From: Mytilus californianus
Taxonomy: Eukaryota
DNA: 64,000 nt
NCBI RefSeq assembly: GCF_021869535.1
Contig: NW_026262593.1
Location: 14,694,001-14,758,000 of the forward strand
Direction of reading: 5' to 3'
Every line of letters starts with the position of its first letter. Positions within the stretch are counted from its first letter, which is position 1. A program made the translations under genes and the position numbers. Shown here one piece after another: positions 11,701 through 22,868 of this stretch. Under the pieces are notes generated by a model. The model did no database searches and had not been told where the DNA came from. It was given only the letters and a program-made list of their open reading frames with translations.

Positions 11701-14700
11701 TATCTTTTCTATCCCAGTTCCATTGCGGTTACCGAAAAGAAATAGGGACAATAAGGCATATATTTGGCTTAAAATTGGTGCAAAATTTAAAAGTTACATC
11801 ATGATCTTAATTTAAGAATTAAACAAAAGATTTTAAAAAATAATGACGAAAGTAGTATTTTTGAAAACTTTTTTGGTTTTCCCCTTCCTTACTCATCTTT
11901 TGTAAGTACATTTTGGTTTGAAAAGTATTGGCACATATAAGAAACAACTTCATATTTCATGACATCATGTAACAAGCTTTGACAGCTGCTCTAAAAAAAT
12001 ATCTAAGTTCTTTACACGTCGTTTTCACAAAAGGAAATATCGATGAAATACCAAATTATCAGCCTGTATCGTCAATTCCGTGAAGTAGATGCCGATTAAA
12101 AAAGTAGTATTGCGTTATATAAGTAAACATTTTCATTTTCTTATGTTATGTATTTTTCTTTATTATGTGCAAATGTGAAATAGTAAACAAAATGTTCAAA
12201 ATTTTCATTTTTTCAATTGCCAAAAACATGTCCTCCTACTCTTTTTATCAAAATCACCGAACACAGACTGGTTGGGAATAAGAATAAACGTATCATAAAA
12301 ACAATTTAGTATTCTATTTGTTTTGATTTAAAGTAACATAAAATAAACACACCCTAATTGATGATTTTTTTCTGTTCCTTGTCTTCTCCTCTTAATGAAA
12401 CATATGGTACACAAAGCAACTATGAATCCCACACCACTACCCATTCCAGCTTTTAAATAAGTACTCGGGCCGCTTTCAACAACTACGTGCATCACTTCTG
12501 AAAGACAAAATACAATGAACAATCGTTATTTTTTATGAATCAAAATTGAAAATGTTAAATCATTCTATATGAACAATCTCGCATGTCATATCTAATTTGT
12601 TGTTATATGGAGAATGTGATGTTGATGGAATTTTATATTTTACTGTGTGGTGTTTTCCGCTTCTTTGTTTAAGTAGAAGTTGTGCTTTTCCTTCACATAT
12701 TTATCTATTGTCTTTATTTTTGTCATTAACACATATTTTGAAATTCTCACTTTTGTTTTCGATAATAGATCTTTGTATTATGTGTTTGTGGGCTTTGTAT
12801 TTGTAGTTGGGTTGTTTCATCTTTATATCATGGCATTGTTTTTTGTTCTACTCTACCTTGACACCCGATAAAACCTGATGCTTTCTTAGGACTAGGAAAT
12901 ATTTGGTGTGGTCTTGTGGCATATCTTAGTCTTAGCCAGTTTAACGAAAGTCTCATAAGATAAGATTCTGTCCACAATTTAGGATAGCTAGAATGTTTTA
13001 GGCAATTTCTAAGACACAGATCAAAAGTCAAAATGAAAAAACAAATTAAACGGAATAAAATTCCTTTATATGTTTTTATTCCGACATTTTTTATCTTGAA
13101 TTAATTCCTTTTTTTACTCGTGCTGATGCAATGAGAACCGTTATACAGGTAATGCAAACGAGTGAACCCAAGGTCAAATCTGTTATACGTATTAATAACA
13201 CAACGATTATAACCTCTTATTAAATATCCTACATTTTAATTTTTAATTTTAGATAGATTTTGTTATATATTATCATTAACAGTCATTTCAATATCTTTTA
13301 TCGTATTGTTATTCTTGTAACATTTTATGTTATGTTGAAATAAAGAAAATACGATACTCCTTTTACATGTATACTATGAAATATCATAAATTTATTTCAT
13401 ATACGTCTCTATTTTTATATTCATCCATTAGATAAAATAGATTTAGGATCTTAGATACGACCATCATAAAGATGGTCTTGTTTTGCATCCTAAGAAATGT
13501 ATCAGCAAAGTTCTAAAACCATCCTACATTAAGACGTAACTCGGGACATATCTTTGATTTCATTGACATGGCCCCTGACATATTTTGTCATTTATTTCCG
13601 TTCCAGGTTTGGTGGAAATTAAATTTCTAATGTTTGGCAGTGTGTTTTCAAATTAGAGTTATAGTTCAAGCTCGGACACTGGGGCTACTCTTCATTGCAC
13701 GAAAACGTCCGATACCATGCTTGAAGATATATGAATCTTTTTGTCCCCTTTTTTTGTCGTTGTCGCAAAAGAAGATTGAACCTTGTCTTAGTCAAGATTT
13801 AAAAAAAACTATTTGGATGTCAGATATAATAAACGACATTTAAAGAACTGTAAATAATTTGATCACGAGGGCTACAGCGAAACTTGACATTTCACAAACG
13901 TACATCAAACTACAAACCTTTGTCTGGTATACATGCCATATTATGCGTGGTGTTACAAGGATACCACATTTCAGTATTGTTCGGGCATGATGTCATGCAT
14001 TGGTGACATGGCTCCAACGACTGAGCAGGATTGTAGGAGCTACCGTTGGTGCATGGTTTACACTGTGTATCTGTAAAATTTGATGCTGAAAATAGAAAAT
14101 ATGTTTTACTTACGAAGGAAATACTCAACATTATGTAAACATTTTTCTGTTCCACGATTGTTTTTTAAAGAAGAGGAAAATTTTGTTTTAGATGTTATTG
14201 TTCATATACATTACATCAGTTCAATAATATAGAAAGTTACAATGACGCAAGTCTAAATATCTAAAGATCAAAATCTCATGGCGAAATTCATATGTCATAT
14301 TGATTGAGTTGCTCTTTACTTGCATAGAGTCCAGTCTCAAATATTTAATGCATATTTAAGACAAGAACAAACGAACAATTATTGACATTGCACATTGTTA
14401 ATGACGTCTTTACACTAGATCCATTGGATGTTGGATGTGTACTGATTGATATTTTAGTCTTAGATGCATGATTTTTTTTATTAGTTGTTAATGGCTTTGA
14501 ACTAGCTGTCAGTAACTGCGAGTACTCACAGATCTGTACTTAGTGTCTTTTTTGTTGTGGGGATGTATAAGTACCCGGCCACTTCAACTCTGTGTTTTTG
14601 TTCGATGTATTTCTATCTATATCCATCTGATGAGTTTAACCTTTTTCAACTGATTTTTATATTTTGTTCTTATGCTGTACTGTTACACCACTGTCGCTTT

Positions 14701-15489
14701 CAAACTAGTTTAACCCCGCCACATTCTGTATGTGCCTGTCCCAAGACAGGAGCCTGTAATTCAGTGATTGACGTTTGTTGCTGTGCATCATATTTGTTTT
14801 TCGTTAATTATTTTTTACATGAATTAGGCCATTAGTTTTCTCGTTTGAATTGTTTTACAATTGTCATTTCGGGGCCTTTTATAGCTGACAATGCGGTATG
14901 GATTTTGGTCATTGTTAAAGGCCGTACGGTGACCCATAGTTGTTGATTTCTTGTTAATTTGGTCTCTTGTTAAAAGTTGTCTCATTGGCAATCATACCAC
15001 ATCTTCTTATTTTTTTATTTATACGAGTATGAAGTGGACTTATGTTAAAGGCAAAACATTTATGACTGCAACTTGAAACTGAGACTATTTCTGAAATGGA
15101 CAAAACTCTTGGTTTACGCCAGGCCACCTAGATGAATTCTTGCAATATAGAGAAAGCAAAGCATTCACACTTCGATTTAACATTCCCATGTTTATCGGTC
15201 GAAAATGCGAATTAGTACAGTCATCCCGTTTTGCCAAACAAACTTCTAAATTTGTCAAGACTTATAATGCTAGACAGAAGAAGAATAATAAGAATTTGAA
15301 GTAGAGAACTGGCTAAGCTTTTTCAGAACTTTACTGTTGGATGCATCAATTTATATTTTGTAAAAGGTAGACATTGCTTGAGTGAATAAAAAAATCGAAA
15401 ACAAAATAATCCCATACAGTCTAAGGTTGAAGGGAAAAGGAAAATAGTTTTGTTCACGTCTGCAATTGAATTACGCCCTTGGTTTTTAC

Positions 15490-15534
<45 letters not shown>

Positions 15535-15822
15535 CAAAAGTTAAATAAATACGGTGTACAGAATGTATATATTAAAATTTTAAATTCGCAGACTACATTT
15601 TACATCAAATAATAAAAGTTCGTTAAAATAATGTCAATAGCGCTTTCATGCCTTCTGGCAATCTTCAGGCGACGATTTAACAATGAACGTTACCAACGGT
15701 AGTGTCGTCAAGGACATTGTTAAATCGTCGCCTGAAGATTGCCAGAAGGCATGAAAGCGCTAGTGACATTAATTTAACGATTTGTTATTATTTGATGTGA
15801 AATGTAGTCTGAGAATTTTAAA

Positions 15823-15877
<55 letters not shown>

Positions 15878-18800
15878 TGTTACTTAACAAAATAATGTTT
15901 TTTGTGTTATTGGGATGTAAAAGCCCTTCATACTAAAAATGTGTACAACCGGTCATAAAATTACAAAATAAAACGGAAAACAGTTAAAGCAGAAATTACA
16001 AGCTAAATCAAGTTTGGTATGGTCACATTGTCATGGAGAGACTGCGATCATGACTGCTGCGTTAATTAAAATAAACTGAATACTTCAATTTAGAATATCA
16101 CGTGATTTATGTCTGCCAATGTAAATCATATATTGGAATCACCATACAACATCTACACGTATGTCATGTTATTATAACTCTTAACTATTGTGTGCATATG
16201 TAAATATGTCGGCAATATATGCAGCAAATTAAAAACAAACTTTGGTAAAATAAAAGAAAAGAAATGTTTTTCATACATTTACACCATATTAAAAAAGATA
16301 TTATCATAAGTGAAAAACAATCTTACCATTTGCTACTAACCCATGTCCAGCAGAACAAAGAGAGTTTGCCTGACAAAAGCCTCTTGCTGGTTCTCTTTGG
16401 TCTTTAGTAAAATGATACCCTTGAATACATCCGCAAACAGTGTTAGATGTTGCTGTGCATGGAGACAGGATAGCTGATACCCAATGATTCATGACAACCT
16501 CTTCACACCTTGTGCAACTAGTACAGTAGTTGGCTCTGTTTGAGGTAACCTGATAGGCGCCATCCGGGCATGGAACGCACTGCATTTGGGTATTTGAATT
16601 CTGTAAGTTAACAACAACAGATAAGCTAACAAAACAGATAGTGTACACAATCTTTAAATGAGTTAAAACCAAAATAGAAACAGGTGCTAATGTCAACTTT
16701 TAAACACCTTCCATTTTCAGACCGAAAGAGAAGTAATTAATATAATAAAAGCCAGTTAACCTAGTATTTAATTTACTCATAAAATTTAATACAGCTGACA
16801 ATTGTTGGATTTAGTGAATTTCAATATAAAGATGTATGAAAATGCTTCAAAGATGTTTCAATAAATTTGAATAAGAAAAAACATGACAATGTCATTCATC
16901 CAAAAACATTGACGTTGATGACAATTTTGGTGTAGTATACTAATTTTTTGTAAGTTTTTATTTTTCGTTATTAGATTCTGCATTAATTAAGTATGTACTC
17001 TTCTGAAGAGGAAAATTTCCTGAATTAAACTTTAAAAATGGTTATGACATTTCTATAGACAGATATTTCCTTGTGTGTTTTCAACAACAAAAAACTGTAG
17101 GTAGGTGTTCAATTAAGGAAGCTACGGTCATCTGAAATTTGACCATTTACAGAATATGGAAAAGGTGACAAATCCCAAAAATACCAGCAAAATATGCATT
17201 TTTCTCAAGTAATCAGGTCTACAACTCATTTCCTGTGCTTTATCTCTTTAAATAAACATATCATAGATACCAGGATTGAAAATATGTGCGCCAGACGCGC
17301 GTTTGGCCGAATAAAAAAAAATTAAAAAGGCCAAATAAAGTACGAAGTTGAAGAGCATTGAGGACCCAACATTCCTAAAACTTTTACCAAATACAGCTTC
17401 GGTAATCTATTCCTGAGGTAGAAAAGCCTTAGTATTTCGAAAATTCAAAGTTTTGTTAACAGTTAATATATAATTATGACCATATCAATGATAAGTCATG
17501 TCAACACAGAAGTGCTGACTACTGGGCTGGTGATACCCTCGAAGAGAAAAACTCCACCAGCAGTGGCATCGACCTAGTGGTTGTAAACAAACTCATCATA
17601 GATACCAGGATTGGAATTTTGTACGCCAGACGCGCGTTGCGTCTACAAAAGACTCATTGCCTCATGGACAAAACAAATATAAATAATACACCATATGAAT
17701 GCATATTAATTTTTTTTCTTCATCATATTGGATATGAAAAATTCACAAATTTATCACGAAAACTCCCAAACTCCAGATTTTACACTAAAAATATCACACT
17801 TTCCGAATTAAACTCTTTTGAAGACTTAATATATAGTTGGACCCACATAACATCAACATTTTAAGCCAAACAAAAAATGGAAAATTAATGTTTTGTCTGA
17901 AAAAGAATATATAGTTTGATATATGATAGAACTTGTAGGTTTGGTTTAGCCCTTTCCATCTACTTGTGTTTTAAATTTGCTGATTTGAGCCATTAACAAA
18001 TCGTAGGACGTCATATGTTCATGATCTCTACACTATTTTTCAATTTCGTTTCTTTATGATAAAAAGCGTAAAACTACCAAACGTCTGTATGGAATTAAAT
18101 GGTCGCAAACCCCTAGTCACCTTGCAAAATAACAATCCCTCTGTAAGGGAGATAATCAAAGGTTTCTACAATATCATTAGTGGCCATAACTCGGACATAA
18201 GAAGTTTTATAGATGTAATGTCTTCGACATTACATTGTATTACTTCATATGTGATCTGTATATAGGGTCAAGGCTTATGACTTTCCGCATTATTCCTTTC
18301 TATGTAAACATGTTGGAAATTGGCCGTAAACAGTAAAACGTTAGAGTAAATGGTGAAAAATATTTGCCTGCTTTTTTATTATGTTTTGATGAAAAAGCTG
18401 CCCTGGCACTCTTGGTTATTTGTTACTCAGTCTCTTTCTATTGAACAATGTTGAATAGTTGATAATACTTTCATAAAAATCAAAGCCAAAAACTTTAATT
18501 GCCCTGATTGGTTTTAAATTGCACCATGTTATAGGCCATGCTCTACTGAAAAAAAAATGTATGATTTCAAGGAAATTTTGTCAACAGAAGTCACTTTTGG
18601 AACTTGAAATGAACTTTGTTCCCATTGATATCAAATATCTTCCTTAATCCAACAGTACACGGTTTCAAGATATGTTTTAATGAACAATGGTTTTATTGAC
18701 AAAAATTACCTTCATCTAGCTTTGCTTTTTATCTTCTTGTCTTGGAGTCCAATGATAAAGACACTAGGTTCTTACGACTAAACGTTTACGAATTTTCCCC

Positions 18801-19637
18801 ACTTATACATTTCCGGACCTACGATAGGGACTATTGTCGTTTGAGAAATCCCCCACCCCTCCTTTCAAAACTATGTCAGGCCCCCAAAAAAATTAAAAGG
18901 ACGCTGACTAACTTCTAGACTATAGATATTTTGTTTAATTTTTGCTTGCCACTTTCAGCAGTTTGCCCCTCTCCCTTCCCGCCATTTCAGTGTACTCCTA
19001 CTCCACTGAAAAAATTAAATAAACATATATCAAAGGCATGAGATACTTGAGGCAAGTGCAAATTAGTAAATTGCTGCTTTGCTAACTTGGTTAAAAGTCA
19101 AGTCTTCAGAACCCTTACACGATCGGCCTAAATTACGTAATTTTAATCATCGAAAAATCATTTCAGCTTTCAATTAAAGTTGTGTATACATGATATATAA
19201 TAAAATCTAGAAGTTGAGAAAAAATGACAAGAAAAATTAGACTTGTTTTCTCCAAATATTTTGCCCAAAGAAACTATGGTCACGACTCAACACATTATTA
19301 TAAATTTAAATACCTTGCAATGCAATATCATTATGATCTAGATTAAAACATATCATTTTAACAAAAGAATTTTGGGTCATGTTCAAAAATCATATCATTT
19401 ATATACATACTTCCTGATTTGAACTAATAAAGGTAGATATTATATATTATTAATATTTATCTAAAAGGAAATTGTACTCACCAAACAGTCGCCAACCGAA
19501 TGGAAACCAGGTCCACAGTAAAAACACACTTTCCCGTTTTTCTCATACGAAGGCCATTTATTGTAATTACAGCAAATAGAGTCCAAGAAAGAAATTAACA
19601 CAAAACAATAAAACAAATTCTGTCGGCGATAAATCAT
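5272..19637 (-). CDS. TNF receptor superfamily member: signal peptide, 4 cysteine-rich domains, TM, repeat-containing tail, no death domain (predicted 11 exons, 378 aa)
   Basis: Exons (minus): 19637-19482, 16600-16327, 14085-13918, 12497-12353, 11985-11893, 10553-10521, 10040-10008, 7978-7913, 7325-7293, 5707-5655, 5354-5272. All have AG/GT boundaries, phases are compatible and the total is 1137 nt. CRD patterns: CFYCGPG..DC, CVPCPDG.Y..CTSCTRC..PCTATSNTVC, CQANSLCSAGHG..DTQC, CKPC..PCHQCMTSC..PCNTTHNMAC. Confidence is high for exons 1-4 and moderate for the 3' exons. Confidence 0.8.
6028..7269. mobile_element. MITE-like element with TIRs and a 6-bp TSD
   Basis: TIR TACGGAAGCGTATTAGCGCCACACA at 6028 with its reverse complement ending at 7269. 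Both flanks are GATATT. Subterminal ATAACGCAAAC repeats are present. Confidence 0.8.
7293..10553 (-). CDS. Four homologous symmetric (phase 2-2) microexons of 33, 33, 66 and 33 nt
   Basis: 10553-10521, 10040-10008, 7978-7913 and 7325-7293. Each ends in (G/A)TCAATAG followed by GTAAGT, GTAAGT, GTATTT or GTAAAT. Each is open in the same frame and sits in a homologous intron unit. Confidence 0.65.
8375..9825 (+). mobile_element. Retrozyme-like unit (hammerhead-bearing direct repeats at 8375-8460 and 9739-9825) with a nested ~1-kb insertion
   Basis: Repeat GCGTTC-CTG(A/G)TGA-...-GAAAAGCGCTTC-GGACGC. The body segments match the reverse complement of 17330-17585. Confidence 0.65.
11893..11985 (-). 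CDS. TNFR-like exon 5 (juxtamembrane tail)
   Basis: Tandem acceptors TTTTTAG/AGCAG and a GATGA|GTAAGG donor. Only one frame is open: CQSLLHDVMKYEVVSYMCQYFSNQNVLTKD. Confidence 0.65.
12353..12497 (-). CDS. TNFR-like exon 4 (transmembrane helix + basic stop-transfer)
   Basis: TCTTTCAG acceptor. Encodes GMGSGVGFIVALCTICFI-KRRR. The donor AGG|GTGTGT is the most plausible of three nearby GTs. Confidence 0.8.
13918..14085 (-). CDS. TNFR-like exon 3 (CRD4)
   Basis: Lies within ORF 13910-14155. TTTTCTATTTTCAG acceptor and AAG|GTTTGT donor. Encodes ASNFTDTQCKPC...MACIPDK. Confidence 0.85.
15562..15878. repeat. Foldback (arms ~120 bp, inner 48 bp perfect, 29-nt loop) associated with (TA)n tracts; each arm carries a hammerhead-like motif
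   Basis: TAGCGCTTTCATGCCTTCTGGCAATCTTCAGGCGACGATTTAACAATG ends at 15685 and its exact reverse complement starts at 15715. (TA)n tracts lie at ~15503-15532 and ~15827-15874. Confidence 0.85.
16327..16600 (-). CDS. TNFR-like exon 2 (CRD1 end, CRD2, most of CRD3)
   Basis: Lies within ORF 16304-16696. TTACAG acceptor, GTAAGA donor, TNFR cysteine spacing. Confidence 0.9.
17250..17665 (-). mobile_element. Retrozyme-like monomer with two decayed hammerheads ~336 bp apart
   Basis: Direct repeats ATCATAGATACCAGGATT...CGCCAGACGCGCGTT at ~17260 and ~17596. They match the intact hammerhead copy at 40790-40868. The cores are mutated or deleted. Confidence 0.7.
19482..19637 (-). CDS. TNFR-like exon 1 (signal peptide + start of CRD1)
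   Basis: MIYRRQNLFYCFVLISFLDSICCNYNKWPSYEKNGKVCFYCGPGFHSVGDCL followed by a GTGAGT donor, phase 0. Not in the ORF track. Confidence 0.85.
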
Positions 19638-20877
19638 AATTTTGAAGTATTCTAACTTAAGATATTGGTTTCATTTCATATTAATTTCTTTTGCGAATTT
19701 AAATTGAAAAAAGAAACTGGAAATACCAATCATTTAAAATAAAATCAAAGACAAAACATGAATGACGTACGTAATATTATGATCACAGTAGGCATATTGT
19801 CCGGCTGGGATCGTGTTTTTTCGAGTGATTTGATCGGGTTTTTTTCGAGTGTGACCACGTTTTTTCGAGTAAATACGATCAAAACTGTCAACAACCAGAT
19901 GTCTTTTCTGGTAAAAATGTAAACTTGATGCTTATACTTAATATACAACACCATACAAGGTAAGGTAGTATTTTTTGTTTAAAAGATATTATCAACCCTA
20001 CATTATTTTGTGTTATAAAAGTTTAATTTAGTCTTACCACATTCCAAAATATGGAGTTAACCCGTTTTTATATACATACCAATTCAAGTGTCAGAGAGAA
20101 TGCATACATGGCATGTATTTATCCTTAAATATATAGACACGTTATAAAAACTCTTGTTATTGCATTCATAAGAACATTTTGAAAAAAAATCATTTGTATA
20201 TATCCGGGTTTTTTCGAGAGCAGTTCGATGTTTTCGTGTGCGGTTCAGGTATTATCGAGTGAAAAAAATCGTATGTCTTAAAATGTTATATGCCTGTGCA
20301 TTTACGATTATATGATTTGCATATCTACAAATACTTGAATTGGATTGGTCCGTTAGCATTTTTTTCCTTGGTTTACACTTCGAAAGACCATGTTGCCGAA
20401 ACTATTTTCGTAACCTTCATTGTGATCTATTTGTGCGCGATACAGATGCATGGGATCAAATACATAACTGTTATTTCTATTCTAATGAATAATAAAAAGA
20501 ATTAATGCATTTAAGCTTGGAAAATGTATAAATTTACAATAAAATAAAATTCCGCGAAATTTCTTGAATGAGCTTGGCGCATTAACGTCATGGAAAAGCT
20601 TGACGTCATACGAATGAAAACTCTCAAGATGAAGATTATTCCGTTTTTTGTACGCTTCAAATTTAAATAATATTTCATTAAAATGAAGTTTTTGAGGTAG
20701 GTGTTATTTCATTTTAGATTCTATTGCATTAATCGAACATTTAATAGATTTAAGAAAGTCAATATGGCGGCTTACTCCCTAGTTACGAAATGTCAATTGT
20801 GCATTTGATGGTAAATAGTAGCCAATGTACCAAAAATTGATAATTAAAAATTGCAAATGTTTGGGTCAAGAATTATA

Positions 20878-21197
20878 AGGATTATACACATTTTTTCTAG
20901 AGGTTATTGATGTGTAAACTGAGTTGCTGACTCACAAACTTTACATAAAAGTCCTTCGGACTTTTATTCAGTTTGTGAGTTAATCGTCCCAGTTTAAGAT
21001 TAAAATTTAAACATATTTTTTCTAGAGGTTATTGATGTGTAAACTGGGGCGATTAACTCACAAACTTTACATAAAAGTCCTTCGGTTTGTGAGTTAATCG
21101 CCGCAGTTTACACATAAATTCGGACTTTTATTCAGTTTGTGAGTTAATCGCCCCAGTTTACACATCAATAACCTCTAGCAAAAATGTGTTTAATCCT
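20878..21197. repeat. Nested, partly duplicated long hairpin (core GTCC-TTC-GGAC)
   Basis: Outer inverted repeat AGGATTATACACATTTTTTCTAGAGG...CCTCTAGCAAAAATGTGTTTAATCCT. Internal arm segments are repeated in both orientations. Confidence 0.8.
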
Positions 21198-22114
21198 ATA
21201 ATAAACATCGTTCATTTGTATATATTAGCACATCTTATCGATTGCATGGACACCGGCATACATATTTTTGGATAGTCAGTCAACGCCGAAGTAAACATGC
21301 TGTATCGATCCAAACATACGTATATGATGTCGATTCCAATAGTAAATTTACGTGATTTGAACAATATATTCGTGATGTTAGCAATCTTTATGTAAGCACA
21401 GACTTGTTGAATTGAGACGTACGTACATACATGTATAGTGTGTTAAGCTAGTATATATATGTGTTGGAACAGAAAATTCATCCTAAATGTTTCATTTACT
21501 TTTTGTCTTGACGGTAATTTTTTTTTTTTTTATCGTTCTAAAAATGAACAATATTCAAATGCTACTACTGTGAAGAGGAGTCTAATTAAGCGTATGTTAT
21601 ACTTGATCACCCAGCAATAAAGCACAAGGTAGCTACCTTTACAAAAAGAAGTGTTTAAAAATGAAAAATATGGATTGCTGTCTAGACATTACAACGTCGT
21701 TTATGATGTTGTTAAAAACACTGGGCAATATCTGGGTTTATCATATTATACTTAAAGAAAATAATGGTATAATTGTACCCCATGATAAAACTTATTTGTA
21801 CATATATTTATTCATTAAATTTGAAGAATTGCCTTAGCCGTGTGGTATGACTTTTGTTATCAACTGCTTCCGGTTTATCAACTGCTTCCGGTTATTATCG
21901 CATGCTTTTCTGTAACGTTATCGCATGACAGTTCGACGTCATTCGGCAAATTCCGGAAAATGTACCTAAATGGTACGTTTTTTTTTAGTAAAACATAACA
22001 AAGTTGGAGAAAAAGAAAATATTAATAATCAGGAAAATATATTATTAAAAAATACAAAACAAATATTACAACAAATGCATTGTTTCAAAGTTTTAAAGAT
22101 AGTTTTGTCTGTAT

Positions 22115-22868
22115 GTCTTCTGCTGAAGTATATGATAAAAAGAACATAACATGTCGTTTTTCATATCAGACCCCTTATCAGCCCATGGTCAAAATCATCC
22201 CTCGAGCCTGTCGGCTCTCGGGCTGATAACATGACCTAGGGCTGATAAGGGGTGTGATATGAAAAAGGCCATGTTATAATCTATATTTATCACATACTTG
22301 TATAAAATATTACTTAAATTTTACAGTTCAATAACATTTAAAAATACTAAAAGGCTATAAAAGGATTACTATGTTTATTGACCAGATTCCTAAGAATTTC
22401 CTTGGCGGGCTGATAAACGAACCTTTATTGACTGCTTCCGGAATGTTATCACATGCATTTCCGTTAATGTCCGTGACGTTTATCACATGCAACTTCGTGC
22501 ATTTTCGGAAATTTGTTAGAAAACGACAACACAGCGCGGAAAACCGCAAGTGATTTAAGACTTTTCACAAAATGATTGAGGAGCAAAAATGAATTAAGAT
22601 TAAACATGTTTTGAAAGACATAAATGAGATGCCAGAAATTGTCCATGACAATTTAAAGGAAAAACTATGCACATGTTTTCGGGGGCAACAATCACAGGAA
22701 AGGTGGAAGTATATGATAAAAAGATAATTACATGTCATTTTTCATATCAGACCCTTTATCGGCCCTCGTTCATGATATCAGCCCTCGAGCCTGCGGCTCT
22801 TGGGCTAATATCACAACCTAGGGCCGATAAAGGGTCTGATATGAAAAATGCCATGTAATAATCTATAC
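22115..22868. mobile_element. Element bounded by two ~165-bp direct repeats that are each palindromes
   Basis: 22115-22285 and 22705-22868 both start GAAGTATATGATAAAA, are centred on GAGCC-(TGTC/TGC)-GGCTC and end TAATCTATA. Family not identified. Confidence 0.6.

Noticed and set aside
11893-11985. CARD/death-fold resemblance of LLHDVMKYEVVSYMCQ..VLTKD
   Set aside because: Only ~30 aa, and the following exons do not continue a six-helix fold.
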